Positions 10,514 through 22,369 are shown, counted from the stretch's first letter. The stretch: 64,000 nt of DNA from an uncultured delta proteobacterium (GCA_963808625.1 CAWEHK010000021.1:105511-169510), one strand, 5' to 3'. Notes: generated by a model from the letters alone, not told the origin. Numbers and translations: made by a program.

Positions 10514-11834
10514 GGGTGAGAGCTTACCGCGTACCGGTCGGATTCCTCGAGAGACCCCACCGTCGGCTTGCGCTCCGAAATGTCTTCCAAGATGCCGATG
10601 CCTCCCAGGCATGAGCCGTCATCGGCCTGGATCGGCCCGAAGTCGGCTTTCAGATTGGTGATCTTGCCGCCGGTTATCGAGAGGTAATGGCCTTCATAGC
10701 AGCCTGGGTTTCCGGCGAGGCAGGTCCCCACGGCGGCTTTCATTTTCTTGTTCTTTAAGGAATTCATCAGATTGAAGCCGATCAATTTCTCCCTGCAGGA
10801 CCCCCAAATTTTCAAGATCGTGTCATTGCATGCCGTAATGTTCCCGTTTTGGTCAAAATGTAAGATGCCCAGGGGGGAATTTTCAAAAATCATGCGGTAC
10901 TTTTCTTCCGATTCTCGCAGCTTCTTTTCAGCCTGCTTGCGAATCGAGATGTCCGTTACGGTCCCGATTGCGCCCTTGTAGTTGCCGCTTTCATCCCGGA
11001 GAGGCGAAATGGAAATAATCACTGGAATCTTGCGGCCATCCTTGGCGAGCAGCTCAACTTCACAGGAGGTGTTTTCATCCCGTCTGTTTCTGACTATTTC
11101 CTTTTCGTGCCTGGCCAGGTTCGCCTGACCAAAGAACTCGGCCTCACTGCGTCCGATCAGCTCGTCCCTTGAATAGCCGAGCATCTCGCAGAGCTTGTCA
11201 TTGGCATAAATGATCACGCCGTTTTCATCCTGGACCCCGAGCCCTTCATTCATGGTTTCAACCAACATTCGAAAGCGCTGCTCGCTTTTTTTCAGCGATT
11301 CCTCGGCAAGCTTGCGCTCGGTGATGTCCCGGATGGACTCGATGGCGCCCGTCAGCTTGCCGCTGTTATCATAGAGGGGCGCAGCCTTCCCCCAGAGATA
11401 TGCTCCCCTGCCTCCGTAAAGCATGGGAGCATAGGTTTCGGCGTAAAAATCCCGTCCGTTTCTTTCAACAAAATGGTATCTTTTGCGGGTATCGGCTTCG
11501 CCATGGATTACGAAGTCGATCAAAATCGGTCTGGATTCTCCATAGAACGGAACGGCATAGACGATAATCACCCTTCCCGAGAATATCTCGCTTTGCCACG
11601 CCCGTCATCTCTTCCACGGCATGATTCCAGGCGATGACTCTGCCCTCACAATCAATCACAAACGTGGCGTCGGGGAGGAATTCGATGATGTCGAGAGACT
11701 GCCGGTGGGGGATCAGGAGTTCTTTCCCGGCTTCTCTGATTTGCGCTTCCGAGTGTTGCCAGTTCACTGAGCTTCCGGCAAGTCAGCAGCAATTCATTGA
11801 TCAGATCGTCTCGGGATTGCTTTTGATTTTCCAT
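10330..11834 (-). CDS. Multi-PAS/PAC sensor protein, frameshifted, no output domain seen
   Basis: Pieces 11652-11834, 11465-11767 and 10330-11571 give IIEFLPDATFVID...WN, AIESIRDITERK, DISIRKQAE, IFENSPLGI. Confidence 0.8.
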
Positions 11835-11986
11835 CTTTGAACCCTCAAGTTGAAAACAGCCCAGCTTGAAAATAGTCAGCACGTGCCTTAAGAAGAGGAA
11901 CCTATCCGGATTCGATCGTGCCTTGAGAGTTACTTCAAGTTCGCAGCAAGTAAGCGCAATCTTGGGTTCTTTGTCAAACAGTTTTC

Positions 11987-12196
11987 TTACTTTTCGGGTT
12001 TCTTATGAGGGTCTGACAACTCTGCCTTCAGCTGTTCCAGGTGTGCCAGGCAACGAGTGATCGAGCGGCCGCCGCGGCGCTTGAACTCGGAGCATTGGCT
12101 GCAGTTGAAGCGCTCGCTGAGCAGCTTCCTTAAGATCTGGTCCTGGCAAATCCTCTCCACCACATCGCCTTCTTCTTTTCTCTCATCGGTACCCAT
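11987..12196 (-). CDS. Small hypothetical protein (CxxC)
   Basis: 69-aa ORF with GAGGA upstream, co-directional with neighbours. Confidence 0.5.
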   Translation of the reverse strand: MGTDERKEEGDVVERICQDQILRKLLSERFNCSQCSEFKRRGGRSITRCLAHLEQLKAELSDPHKKPEK

Positions 12197-12254
12197 GGTG
12201 TGGTTCCTCGACTCGAGCCATCAAGGCTGTTTGTATGCCCAAACCAAAAAAGGG

Positions 12255-13639
12255 TCACGTTTCAAAACGGGCGTATGCTTCGCGCAGAATCTCCACAGGG
12301 TGAAAAACCTGGTGAGGGATGAGCTGGTTGAACTGGATGCGGCAGCTCAGGCAGTCGCATACCAGCCGTTCGGGATCGAGCTCCTGGACTTTCGCCATGA
12401 GAGCGATTCCCCATCGCGACCGAAATATCGTGGAAATCTTGCTTGAATCCCATGATGCCGGCAATGCCGCAGCAGTAGGAAGGTCCGTCGATCCTGACGA
12501 GGGTGGCGCCGGGAATGAGGCTGAGCAAATCGAAATAGGGCCGACCGATCTTTTGTTCCCGTAAGTGGCAGGGAGGGTAATAGGCCATGCGCGCCGGCAC
12601 GCGGCCGAAGTTCCGGTCCAACTCCCCTCGGCCGTGCAGGCTCCACAGATATTCTCCCAGGTCGTAGGTGCGCCCGGCAACCTTCATCCTCTTTACCGGC
12701 GTCGATGGAGGAGAAATACCCTTCATCCTTAAACAGGTTCTCGGCGATAGTGTTACCGGGGAAGGACCATTGTCTGCGAACCGTTCGCATACCCGCTCGA
12801 TAATTGGCCCAGCAGCTGCCTCCCCGGCTGATCGAGTCACGATAGGCATCGGTATGACAGGCGCCTTCACCCAGTACGCTTTTCAGCATGAAGCCACAGG
12901 TGGGGCAGGAGCAAAGGATTTCATAGCCGGCATCGACGGCTTCAGCGAGCCGGTCCACGTTGAACTTCGCAAACTCAAAGGTGAGCGGCCCGTCGCCCTC
13001 GATCATGCTTGGCATACCGCAGCATTTCTGCTCGGGCACGTATACTTCGACCCCGTTGCGTTCCAGCACCTCGATCACCGCCCGGGGCGTCTCGGGAAAC
13101 AGGTATTGGCCCGTACATCCAGCGAAATAGGCTATTTTCCTGGTCGCCGCCGGCCGGCGCAGCGGAGCGCCACGCTTTGCCATCCATTGCGGAAAGCTCT
13201 CTTGAGGAAAGACGGGGAGCTTCCGCTCCGCATGAATCCCGGCAAGCTTTTTAAGGGCGCTTCCCGAGAAGGGGCCTTGGAGGAGGATATTGGTCAGACG
13301 AGGATACGCGCCGCACACTCGGGCCACGCGCTCGACGTCTTCAAGCAGTCTGATCGCTGGTTTGAGCCCGTCTCGGCTGACAAAAGCATGCTTGGCCCTC
13401 ATCACGTCAGAGCGGACGTTGGGGCAGGGGCAATGGCCGCAGAAATTGCACAAATCCAGGAGCCGGCGCAACTCTCCGGGCGTCGCTTTCTGTTTCTGCA
13501 CTGCCTCCCGGTCGTAGAGCCGATACAATTGGGGGAAAAACATGCACGGGGTATGTTCCATGAGGTATCTGCAGACATCACACTCCGCGCATCCATCAAT
13601 TACGGCCTGAGCCATCTGTTCCGGGGAATCGCCGGCCAT
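12255..13639 (-). CDS. GlpC-like Fe-S oxidoreductase (4Fe-4S plus CCG domains), frameshifted
   Basis: CAECDVC, CNFCGHCPCP, YFAGC, CCGMP, YYPPCH, CCGIAGIMGFK, CLSCRIQ, HPVEIL across three frames. Confidence 0.85.
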
Positions 13640-13742
13640 CCTTATCGCTCCACCTTCCTGAAAGCCTCTGGCAACACTGCGCTCCCATGCCAGGCAGGAG
13701 CAGGCAGGAGAACAGCCCTTTTGGGCACTGTCCACCCGCAAA

Positions 13743-13812
13743 GCAGGCTGGAAAGCCTGCTCTACCAGCTACACCCACGGCAAAGAGATGTGGGGCAGGC
13801 TTTCCAGCCTGC
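13743..13812. repeat. REP doublet (GCAGGCTGGAAAGCCTGC family)
   Basis: gcaggctggaaagcctgctctac ... gtggggcaggctttccagcctgc; partial copy near 45772. Confidence 0.8.
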
Positions 13813-14122
13813 CGGATTTCCAAACAGGTTCCGAGGGAACCAACTTTCAAGATGATTAAAACAGGAAATAAGAAAGAAGAATATCCCCCTCCGCGAATAG
13901 CGAGAGAGATTGTCCAGGGATGTTTTTGTTCAGCGGTTGAATGTGGCGGTAAAGATGCTTACTTAGAAAGGGACGAGTAGTATTGCCTGAATATTTCTGC
14001 GCCAAGGTTCAGGTTTACAAGAATCATCAAGGTTTGTGGGCTGTTGGCTTTTGCACCCTGGTCATGGGTGTTTCCAACATGATCATTAATCATTGAGTAA
14101 AGATTAGAGAAAAGGAGATTTT

Positions 14123-14717
14123 ATGGCTATCGTTCTTCCCGATCTACCCTACCCCAAAGATGCTTTGGAACCCCACATCAGTTCCAGGACTCTGGAGTTT
14201 CACCACGACAAGCACCACAAAGCGTATGTTGACAATGCCAACAAGTTAATCGAGGGGACGGACCTTGCGAGCGAAACTTCTCGAGGCCATCGTCAAGAAG
14301 ACGGCCGGAGATGCATCCAAAGTCGGGCTTTTCAATAATGCCGCGCAAGTGTGGAACCATTCCTTTTACTGGAAGTGCCTGAAACCGAACGGCGGCGGTC
14401 CCCCGACCGGGGCGATTGCCCAGAAGATTGATGCCGGCTTCGGAAGCTACGCCAAGTTCGTTGAAGAAATGAAAAACGCAGGGATTACTCAATTCGGCAG
14501 CGGTTGGGCCTGGCTGGTTTTGAATGGCAGCCAACTGCAGATTACGAAAACGCCCAACGCCGACACCCCTCTTGCCCATGGGCTCAAGCCCCTTTTGACC
14601 ATCGATGTATGGGAGCATGCTTACTACCTGGACTACCAGAATCGACGGCCCGATTACCTGGCAACCGTTATCGACAAATTGATCAATTGGGATTTTGTTA
14701 ATTCCTGTCTTGGCTGA
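14123..14717 (+). CDS. sodB: Fe superoxide dismutase (one +1 indel near 14277)
   Basis: [45 protein letters not shown]. Confidence 0.95.
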
Positions 14718-14724
14718 GCAGGAG

Positions 14725-14752
14725 TGGTCAGTGGCCAGTGATCAGTGGTCAG
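14725..14752. repeat. 7-mer tandem array (GTGGTCA)
   Basis: gtggtcagtggccagtgatcagtggtca just after the sodB stop. Confidence 0.8.
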
Positions 14753-14853
14753 TAAAGGGGGCCATGATGGTCTCTGGCGCCCGGTTCCATCGTCAGCGCA
14801 TAGTGCCCGATCATGGATGAATGATTGATGTGAGAGACGGGCACCGGAAAAAC

Positions 14854-14880
14854 AAAAAAGGAGGGCTCAAAAAGCCCTCC
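14854..14880 (-). terminator. Rho-independent terminator
   Basis: Minus strand GGAGGGCT-TTTTG-AGCCCTCC followed by a T6 tract. Confidence 0.7.
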
Positions 14881-15005
14881 TACTTCGAAAAGCGTTTATT
14901 CGGCCGAGGCATTTCCGGAACTTTCGCAACCCCACCAGCGCCAATGGTTCAATCCAGGCTCTCACCCAGCCACTCAGCACTCAGCACTCGCACTCTTCTT
15001 TTCCC

Positions 15006-15746
15006 TCATCCCGGGTAGACATTTCCCGTTTCGAGGATGCACCAGCCTTGGGGCGTTTTCCCCAAAAGCAGGTTGACCATCCAGCCATCTTTACAGTGAT
15101 CGCTGATTTCCTGAGGTACTTTCACCTCAACCGGCCCCGACATGATTGTCCCTGAGAGAATCAATCTGCCGGGCTGAACCTCTTCTATAGTGAAATAGTC
15201 ATCCAACTCATCCGTCCAATGGCGTGGAGCATAGTGCTGGGCAAAGTTATAGAGGAGCCGCGCCAGCCGTTCGGCGGCGGGCAGTTCTCTGGTGGCCTCG
15301 GATGCTACTTTATCGCCATTTAGGGCCTCTTCCTTGCCAATATGTCCATGCTCATCCAGCCAATTGACCAGCTTCCTCATCACCGTTCCCGCCGCCTGGA
15401 GGAGGGCCTCGGTAGCCATTACCTTGCGAATCATGAAATAGTTCAAAAAATTGTAAAGAGATGGCGGAATTTTATCCGGCCCGAAAATGGCGCAGAATTC
15501 GAGGTTCTTCTGAAAATAGAGCCGCTCATAAAGAGTGACTTCCGATGACCGGTCAAGGTCATGATGACCGTAACCGTTCAGGCAGTGCTGGAAAAGGTCG
15601 ATAACTTCTTCGTAGCGATGAAAGGTCCGTGGTTTCAAGCGTTTTCGCTGATCTTTAAGAAACCGCTCGAGCACCTCTTCGATGCTTGGCTGAGCAACCG
15701 TTGGAAAATGCAGGACCTTCCCGGTGTCTCTTATCTTGTTAACCAA
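15006..15746 (-). CDS. Hypothetical protein
   Basis: 246-aa ORF with GGAG RBS and protein-like composition. Confidence 0.8.
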   Translation of the reverse strand: MVNKIRDTGKVLHFPTVAQPSIEEVLERFLKDQRKRLKPRTFHRYEEVIDLFQHCLNGYGHHDLDRSSEVTLYERLYFQKNLEFCAIFGPDKIPPSLYNFLNYFMIRKVMATEALLQAAGTVMRKLVNWLDEHGHIGKEEALNGDKVASEATRELPAAERLARLLYNFAQHYAPRHWTDELDDYFTIEEVQPGRLILSGTIMSGPVEVKVPQEISDHCKDGWMVNLLLGKTPQGWCILETGNVYPG

Positions 15747-15881
15747 CCTGAATCTCCATGCCTGTCAAAATGGCGGATCAAGAACCATGCCGGGACTTCA
15801 CCAGCCTCTTCCCCAAATTACCGCTTTCAACCGTCGTTGCGATCCTGCTACACTTTTCACTAGCCACTAGCCACTGCTCCC

Positions 15882-16195
15882 CTAAACCCGGCTACCACAA
15901 TGGGGGCAGTATTGAAAAGTGGCTCCAGGGAATGGTCGCATCGAGCGCACCTGGATTATATTCGGACGCCGGGGCGACGGGCCGAAACCCTGACCTGGGA
16001 AGAGACGGCACCACAGCGGTCACAGATCACCGCCGGCTCCCCTCGCTTTACCGGAAACAGCGGAATGAAAAAGAGGCTCAGGTAGTGATCAATCCGCTTT
16101 AGCCTGGCCTGTGCCAACCCGCAGGCCGGGCAAAGCCGAGGGGTATCGTCGAGAGTCATGGTTTTTGGTTGGACACCCCCGATAAAGAAAAACAT
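15882..16195 (-). CDS. Zinc-ribbon protein (frameshifted 3' end)
   Basis: MFFFIGG, CPACG, LSLFFIPLFPV, CDRCG; shifted tail CARCD...YCPHCGSRV*. Confidence 0.8.
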
Positions 16196-16466
16196 CGAAT
16201 TTCCTCTTTGACGTTCAGGCGCGGCCCCGCTTCCGGTTGCGGTTCCGTCCATGAACGAGCCAAACGTTCAGGCCGATAAGCCTAAATCATCTCTTGCCAA
16301 CCATTCTTTACCACAATTGTGGAGGAAAGGCTATGCGGAAAGAGGGCACGGAAGATGGTAGTGAGCCCTCGCCTGAGTGAGGGATGGCACCGAATTGCGA
16401 ACAGTTCTGCACCATTTCGGTGGGCGCAAAAAGACGACGCCATGACTATCATGCCACTGTCCCATC

Positions 16467-16497
16467 GTAGGGTGGGCACAGCTTTACCGTGCCCACC
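16467..16497. repeat. GTAG-type REP
   Basis: gtagggtgggcac-agctttacc-gtgcccacc downstream of trpA. Confidence 0.7.
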
Positions 16498-16510
16498 AGA
16501 TCTGCTGTCC

Positions 16511-17308
16511 TTAGCGGGTTGCTGATTTCAATGACCGCACCGCCTCTCCCATGCGAAGGACCAGGGCAGGGTCCTCAAGGTGTTCTTCAATGAGTCGTTC
16601 GAAGGCTGAGCCTACCACCGCGCCATCCGCGAGCGCGCCGACTGCTCGAACGTGGTCCGGTGTGGAGATGCCAAACCCGACACAGATTGGTATGTTTTTG
16701 GAGCAAGCACGCAACGATCCGACGACCCCCGATACCTCGTCCAGATTCAAGCCGGCACTGCCGGTCACCCCGGTCATGGAAACCAGGTACAGAAAACCGG
16801 AAGCTTTTTCGGCGATGCCGGCCATCCGTTCGGGCGGTGTCGTGGGTGCCACCAGCCGAATGAGAGCCAATTCGTTTCCGGCCCACGCCGAGGTCATTTC
16901 CGCCGATTCTTCGGGAGGCAGATCCACGACCAGCAGGCCATCCACGTCGACGGCTCGGGCATCGGTGTAGAAACGCTCGACCCCGTAAGCCAGGATGGGA
17001 TTGTAGTAGCTGAAAAGAACGATGGGAATCTGCGTGGTATGGCGGAGCTCCCTTGCCATTTCCAGGACCCTGGTCAGAGTCACGCCAGCTTTCAGGGCTC
17101 GTCCGGAGGATCGCTGGATCACGGGACCGTCTGCGGTGGGGTCGGAAAAGGGCACCCCCAGCTCTAAAATGTCCAGTCCGGCCTCGCACATGGTCTTGAT
17201 GATATCCAGGGAAGTTTCCACGGTCGGGTCGCCGGCGGTGACAAATCCCACCAGGGCCTTTTCGCCTTTCCGACGCATTTCTTCAAACACTTTAGCGATG
17301 CGATTCAT
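16511..17308 (-). CDS. trpA: Tryptophan synthase alpha chain
   Basis: [32 protein letters not shown]. Confidence 0.98.
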   Translation of the reverse strand: MNRIAKVFEEMRRKGEKALVGFVTAGDPTVETSLDIIKTMCEAGLDILELGVPFSDPTADGPVIQRSSGRALKAGVTLTRVLEMARELRHTTQIPIVLFSYYNPILAYGVERFYTDARAVDVDGLLVVDLPPEESAEMTSAWAGNELALIRLVAPTTPPERMAGIAEKASGFLYLVSMTGVTGSAGLNLDEVSGVVGSLRACSKNIPICVGFGISTPDHVRAVGALADGAVVGSAFERLIEEHLEDPALVLRMGEAVRSLKSATR

Positions 17309-17323
17309 GCTCGTGCCTCTCCT

Positions 17324-18631
17324 TTAAGACTTCGGGCCAGCGCCCGTTAGACGGCCGGAGACGATCCCCAGGTCCTTGTCTCCTCGCCCCGAAAGACTGA
17401 CAATGATGCTGTATGAGGATGGCCGCTCGGAAGCTTCCAGCAATGCCCGGGCGACGGCATGCGAGCTTTCGAGGGCGGGGATAATCCCCTCGAGGGCGCA
17501 GAGTTCCTGAAACGCGGCGAGCGCCTGGTGATCATCGATGGCCTCATAGCGGACGCGCCCGCAGTCCTTGAGCAGGGCGTGTTCCGGCCCCACCCCGGGA
17601 TAGTCGAGCCCCGCGGAGATGGAATGCGCCTCCTCGATCTGGCCGTCACCATCCTGCAGCACATAGGACTTCGAGCCGTGGAGCACGCCAACGGAACCGG
17701 CGCCCAGCGTGGCGGCGTGTTTTCCGGTGGCGACGCCAAGACCGGCGGCTTCCACGCCCACCATCTCGACCTCATCGTCCAGGAACGGGTAGAAAAGCCC
17801 CATGGCGTTGCTGCCTCCCCCCACACAGGCGATGAGCATATCCGGGAGGCGGTCCGCGACTTCGAGAAACTGCTTCCGGGTTTCATCACCGATGACGCGC
17901 TGGAAGTTTCTGACCATCATCGGGTAGGGATGCGGGCCGGCGACGGAACCGATGACGTAAAAGGTATCCCGCACCGCACCGACCCAATAGCGGATGGCTT
18001 CGCTCATGGCATCCTTGAGGGTGCCGGTGCCCGAGGCGACGGGCACGACCTCGGCTCCCAGCAACTCCATTCTCTGGACGTTGGCGGCCTGGCGCTGAAT
18101 ATCTTCGGTGCCCATGAACACCCGGCACTCCATGCCGAAGAGCGCCGCCACCGTGGCGGTCGCCACGCCATGCTGGCCCGCACCGGTCTCCGCAATGATT
18201 TTTTGCTTTCCCATCCACCTGGCCAGCAGCGCCTGCCCCAGGGTGTTGTTGATTTTATGGGCCCCGGTGTGGGCAAGATCTTCACGCTTGAGGTAAAGGG
18301 ATGCCCCGCCCACTTTCGCGCTCAGCCGCCGGGCGAGGAACAGGGGCGTAGGGCGCCCGGCATAGTGTCGCAGGAGTTCTTGAAGCTCCTGTTGAAACCG
18401 CTCCTGGCCGCCGATCCGCCGGTATGCTTCCTCCAGTTCGAGGAGCGCCGGCATGAGGGTTTCCGCCACGTAGCGCCCGCCATAAGGGCCGAAATGGCCC
18501 ATGGGATCGGGATATGGGGGGAGTGATGAGTGATGAGTGATGAGTGATGAGTGAGGAGTAGCGAGTGCTGAGTGCTGGGTGCTGGGTGCTGAGTGCTGAG
18601 TATTTGGTGCTGCGTGTTGGGGGTGCGTCAT
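17324..18631 (-). CDS. trpB: Tryptophan synthase beta chain with repeat-encoded N-terminal extension
   Basis: [41 protein letters not shown] overlap with trpF. Confidence 0.98.
   Translation of the reverse strand: MTHPQHAAPNTQHSAPSTQHSALATPHSSLITHHSSLPPYPDPMGHFGPYGGRYVAETLMPALLELEEAYRRIGGQERFQQELQELLRHYAGRPTPLFLARRLSAKVGGASLYLKREDLAHTGAHKINNTLGQALLARWMGKQKIIAETGAGQHGVATATVAALFGMECRVFMGTEDIQRQAANVQRMELLGAEVVPVASGTGTLKDAMSEAIRYWVGAVRDTFYVIGSVAGPHPYPMMVRNFQRVIGDETRKQFLEVADRLPDMLIACVGGGSNAMGLFYPFLDDEVEMVGVEAAGLGVATGKHAATLGAGSVGVLHGSKSYVLQDGDGQIEEAHSISAGLDYPGVGPEHALLKDCGRVRYEAIDDHQALAAFQELCALEGIIPALESSHAVARALLEASERPSSYSIIVSLSGRGDKDLGIVSGRLTGAGPKS
18521..18602. repeat. 7-mer arrays (GAGTGAT / GAGTGCT) inside the trpB 5' end
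   Basis: (gagtgat)4 gagtgag ... gagtgctgagtgctgggtgctgggtgctgagtgctgagt. Confidence 0.9.
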
Positions 18632-19308
18632 TGAAAGATCCTCCTTGGCTTCCTCGAGCAGTCGGTGGATGCAACGGCGCCGAGCAAGCGTTTGACTTTG
18701 TCCATATCTTTTCTCCCGGGCGCCGACTCGACCCCGGAACTCACATCGATGGCGTCCGGTAATGCTTCTTGAAGCGCCAGAGAAACATTCTCCGGGCTGA
18801 GACCTCCCGCCAGGATCACCGGTTGTCTTTCAGAAATGCCCGCGGCACTGCTCCAATCCCAGGCCCGTGCGTTGCCGCCGGGAAGCCTCCCTCCGGCGCA
18901 TTCGACGAGATAGGCCGAGGCGCCATACGAGCCGATGCGCGCGAGAGAGGGCGTGCCATTGACGAAAACAGCTTTAATGACCAGAAGGCCCTGTTCTTGG
19001 AGGTTATTTACCAGCTCAACGGATTCCTGACCGTGCAGTTGCACCGCTCGCAATCCGCATCGTTCGACTTTTGCCATAATCGTGGCGAAGGACTCGTTTA
19101 CGAACACCCCCACACTCCAGGCGGAGGCCGGCAGCGCCCTGATAATCTCTCGGGCCTGCTCATCGCTGACATGCCGGGGACTTTGGGGGTAGAAGACGCA
19201 GCCGATGGCATCAGCTCCCAGCTCCACGCACGCCAGGGCTTCCTCCACCCGCGTGAGGCCGCAGATCTTTACCTGGGGTCTTGGGAACATCTCTTTGGCG
19301 ACGGCCAT
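18628..19308 (-). CDS. trpF: Phosphoribosylanthranilate isomerase
   Basis: VKICGLT, VQLHG, ILAGGL, DVSSGVE; AGGAGG RBS. Confidence 0.97.
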   Translation of the reverse strand: MAVAKEMFPRPQVKICGLTRVEEALACVELGADAIGCVFYPQSPRHVSDEQAREIIRALPASAWSVGVFVNESFATIMAKVERCGLRAVQLHGQESVELVNNLQEQGLLVIKAVFVNGTPSLARIGSYGASAYLVECAGGRLPGGNARAWDWSSAAGISERQPVILAGGLSPENVSLALQEALPDAIDVSSGVESAPGRKDMDKVKRLLGAVASTDCSRKPRRIFQ

Positions 19309-19387
19309 GCTTTCAGTCCTCCTGAAAAGAGCCTCCGGCAATCATAAGGGATAATGCAAGAGGCTCTCCCGCTTTGCTTACAAAACA

Positions 19388-19560
19388 ATATTGAATATCG
19401 AATAACGAATTTCGAATCATGAAGTGTTCCTCGTCCCTGCTCTCCTTCGATATTCTGCGGTTCGAAAAGTTCAACTTTTCATGATGTCTTCGGGTGTCCC
19501 GAACGGACATGAGGGACTGCGGTTCAATATTCGATATTCAATATTCGCTGTTCGATATTG
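19388..19560. repeat. Inverted 7-mer arrays (ATATCGA/TCGATAT) with a small inserted element
   Basis: tattgaatatcgaataacgaatttcgaa ... ttcgatattctgcggttc [insert] ctgcggttcaatattcgatattc; relative at 45898-45935. Confidence 0.75.
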
Positions 19561-19629
19561 AACTCTGTGTACAATCTCCCTCGCCTTATCCCTGGAATTC
19601 TTGATCTGTGAACTGAAACAGCCTCCCGA

Positions 19630-20421
19630 TTAGCGTCCCAGAAGACCTCGGAGATGTGCTTCCGGATCTGGCGCTTTCACCAAACTCTCTCCGATCAGGA
19701 AATTCCAGATGCCTGCTGCAAGCAGGCTCTCGATGTCCCGGCGTTCGTGAATGCCGCTTTCGGCCACGGCGACCTGGCCGTCTTGAATCTCCCGGGCCAG
19801 GCGGATGGAAGTCCGGAGATCGGTCTGAAACGAACTGAGGTCGCGGTTGTTGATGCCGATCAGGCGGGCTCCTGCCTGCGTCGCTTCCTCCAACTCACTC
19901 TCCGAATGGACCTCCGTCAGCGCGTCCAGTTGCAGTTCCCGGCAAAGATCGAGAAGCTCTTTCAGCATTTCTCGGGAGAGCGCCCGCACGATCAGCAGCA
20001 CCGCATCCGCCCCCATGGCAACGGTCTCATAAAGCTGATAGGGCAGGATGATGAAGTCTTTCCTGAGTACGGGAAGGGTGACGGCACGCCTCACTCGTTG
20101 CAGATCATCCGGTCTTGCTCGAAAGAAAGCTTGCTCGGTGAGCACGGAAATGGCCGCCGCCCCCGCTCTTTCATAGGATTTTGCCTGGCGCTCCGCATCC
20201 AGATTGATGCGAATATCCCCACGCGAGGGAGAAGCGCGCTTGATCTCGGCGATAATGTTCGCTCCGAAGGGTCCGGGAGCAGCGAGCTTCGCCAAGAACG
20301 GCCGCCGGTCCCTGGCCTGCCCGGCTTCTTCTGCCAGGCGGCTCTCCGGGATCACTCCTCTTGCCTCTTCAACTTCCTGCTTTTTTCTTTCGATAATCTG
20401 GCTGAGAAAGTCCGGTTTCAT
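19630..20421 (-). CDS. trpC: Indole-3-glycerol phosphate synthase
   Basis: IIAEIKRASPS, ISVLTE, LRKDF, GINNRDL, ESGI. Confidence 0.98.
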   Translation of the reverse strand: MKPDFLSQIIERKKQEVEEARGVIPESRLAEEAGQARDRRPFLAKLAAPGPFGANIIAEIKRASPSRGDIRINLDAERQAKSYERAGAAAISVLTEQAFFRARPDDLQRVRRAVTLPVLRKDFIILPYQLYETVAMGADAVLLIVRALSREMLKELLDLCRELQLDALTEVHSESELEEATQAGARLIGINNRDLSSFQTDLRTSIRLAREIQDGQVAVAESGIHERRDIESLLAAGIWNFLIGESLVKAPDPEAHLRGLLGR

Positions 20422-20522
20422 CGTTCCGCTAACCTGGTTTTCTTTCAATTTTTGCTGTTGGAAAATTGTACCCAATTTAAGCGAACCCATCGGTGTTATC
20501 TCCGTAGGCAGTCGTCCCGGTT

Positions 20523-20607
20523 GTCATTTGGAGCGATAGCGAGAAATCTGTTGGGTATGTGTCCATCGTACAGGATTTGTCGTCGCCCGAAGGCTCCTCG
20601 AAATGAC
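20523..20607. repeat. GTCA-type REP doublet
   Basis: gtcatttggagcgatagcgagaaatct ... ggatttgtcgtcgc...ctcctcgaaatgac. Confidence 0.7.
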
Positions 20608-20635
20608 GGGTGAGGCGAACCGCTCAGTCTGGGTC

Positions 20636-20770
20636 GTGGTCAATGGTCAGTGCCCACTTCATTTGCCACCAGCCACCAGCCACTAGGAAGCCACTCGTCA
20701 GCTCGTCACTCGTCACTAACCACTAACCTTCGCCATTGTCAGTCACCTCCTAGCCACTAACCACTGGCCA
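20636..20770. repeat. Mixed 7-mer arrays (GTGGTCA, CCACCAG, TCACTCG, CCACTAA)
   Basis: Seen directly between trpD and trpC. Confidence 0.75.
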
Positions 20771-21779
20771 CTTCATTCGTAAACCGAATCAGCGCCTCCA
20801 GTTTGCCTGCTGCTTTCTTCTCATCGATCGAGGCTTCGGCGAGCCGAATGGCCTGGGGAAAATCTTCCGCAACCCCGGCGGCGATCAGGGCCGCCGCCGC
20901 ATTGATCACCGTGACGTCCCGGCGCGGACCCTTTTCGCCGTCGAGAATGCTTCGGGTAATGTGCGCGTTGACGGTGGGATCGCCCCCTTCGATGTCCTCG
21001 CGCCGGGCCTGTCTTCCCAGAAGTTGCTCCGGCGTGAGATCGAAGGTGCGAATGGCGCCGTCTTTCAGTTCGGAAACCCGCGTCGGGGCGCACACCGAAA
21101 TCTCGTCCAGGCCGTCATGGCCGTGGACGACGAGGGCGCGCCTGGCCCCCAGCAGGCGCAGAGCCTGAGCAAACATCTCGGTCAATTCCGGGGCGTACAC
21201 TCCGAGGAGCTGGCAGTTTGCTCCGGCGGGGTTGGTGAGCGGGCCGAGCATGTTAAAAATGGAACGGATCCCCAGTTCCCGCCTCGGCTTGGCGGCGTGC
21301 CGCATGGCCCCGTGGTAGAGCGGGGCAAAGAGGAACCCGATCCCGATCTCCCGAATGGCCTCCTCGACCAGTTCCGGCGCTACATCGAGGCGCACCCCCA
21401 GAGCTTCGAGCAGATCGGCGCTGCCACACTTGCTGGAAACGGAACGGTTCCCGTGTTTGGCGACGGTCACTCCGCAGCCCGCAACCACCAGCGCTGCCGT
21501 CGTGGAAATGTTGAAAGTAAAGGCGTGGTCCCCTCCGGTGCCGCAGGTGTCGACCACGGTTTGGGCGGTGACCTGGATCCGGGTGGCTTTGCGGCGCATG
21601 GCTCGGGCGGCGCCCGCCAATTCCGAAAAGGTCTCCCCTTTGGTGGCAAGCCCCGCCATCAGGGCCCCGATCTGGGCCTCGGTCGCGTCACCGGACATGA
21701 CCTCGGTCATCACCTCAGCCATTTCCTGCTCATCCAGGTCCTGTTTTCGTACGATTTTCTTGAGGCTATCCTGAATCAT
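20757..21779 (-). CDS. trpD: Anthranilate phosphoribosyltransferase
   Basis: [36 protein letters not shown]. Confidence 0.98.
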   Translation of the reverse strand: MIQDSLKKIVRKQDLDEQEMAEVMTEVMSGDATEAQIGALMAGLATKGETFSELAGAARAMRRKATRIQVTAQTVVDTCGTGGDHAFTFNISTTAALVVAGCGVTVAKHGNRSVSSKCGSADLLEALGVRLDVAPELVEEAIREIGIGFLFAPLYHGAMRHAAKPRRELGIRSIFNMLGPLTNPAGANCQLLGVYAPELTEMFAQALRLLGARRALVVHGHDGLDEISVCAPTRVSELKDGAIRTFDLTPEQLLGRQARREDIEGGDPTVNAHITRSILDGEKGPRRDVTVINAAAALIAAGVAEDFPQAIRLAEASIDEKKAAGKLEALIRFTNEVASG

Positions 21780-22369
21780 GATCCATTCTCTCCTCTGCGT
21801 GCTTTGGCACAATCGAGAAAATTCCTTAACAGACGCTTGCCAACGGGGGTCATAATGGATTCCGGGTGGAACTGAATGCCTTCGGTGAAATGTTCCCGAT
21901 GGCGAATGCCCATGATTTCGCCATCTTCCGCTTCGGCGGTAATCGCCAGACAGGTTGGCAAATGCTCCCGCGAAACCGCCAGCGAATGGTAACGCATGGC
22001 CTGAAACGGGCTTTGAATCCCGCGAAAGACCGATTCGCCATCAGCCGTCACGGTGGATACTTTTCCATGCATCAGGAATTTCGCCCCGATCACCTTGCCG
22101 CCAAAGGCCACGGCAATGGCCTGATGGCCGAGACATACGCCCAGGATGGGGACCTGACCGGAGAAAGCGCGAATGGCCTCGACGCAGATGCCGGCATCCT
22201 CCGGGCGGCAGGGGCCGGGAGAGATGACAATGCCTTCCGGTTTTTTCATTTGAATCTCGGCAAGCGAAATCCGGTCGTTCCGGGCGACGTCAACCTCGGC
22301 GCCAAGCATCCGCAGGTACTGCACCAGGTTGTAGGTAAAGGAATCGTAATTATCAATCATGAGAATCAT
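21776..22369 (-). CDS. trpG: Anthranilate synthase component II
   Basis: [29 protein letters not shown]. Confidence 0.97.
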   Translation of the reverse strand: MILMIDNYDSFTYNLVQYLRMLGAEVDVARNDRISLAEIQMKKPEGIVISPGPCRPEDAGICVEAIRAFSGQVPILGVCLGHQAIAVAFGGKVIGAKFLMHGKVSTVTADGESVFRGIQSPFQAMRYHSLAVSREHLPTCLAITAEAEDGEIMGIRHREHFTEGIQFHPESIMTPVGKRLLRNFLDCAKARRGENGS

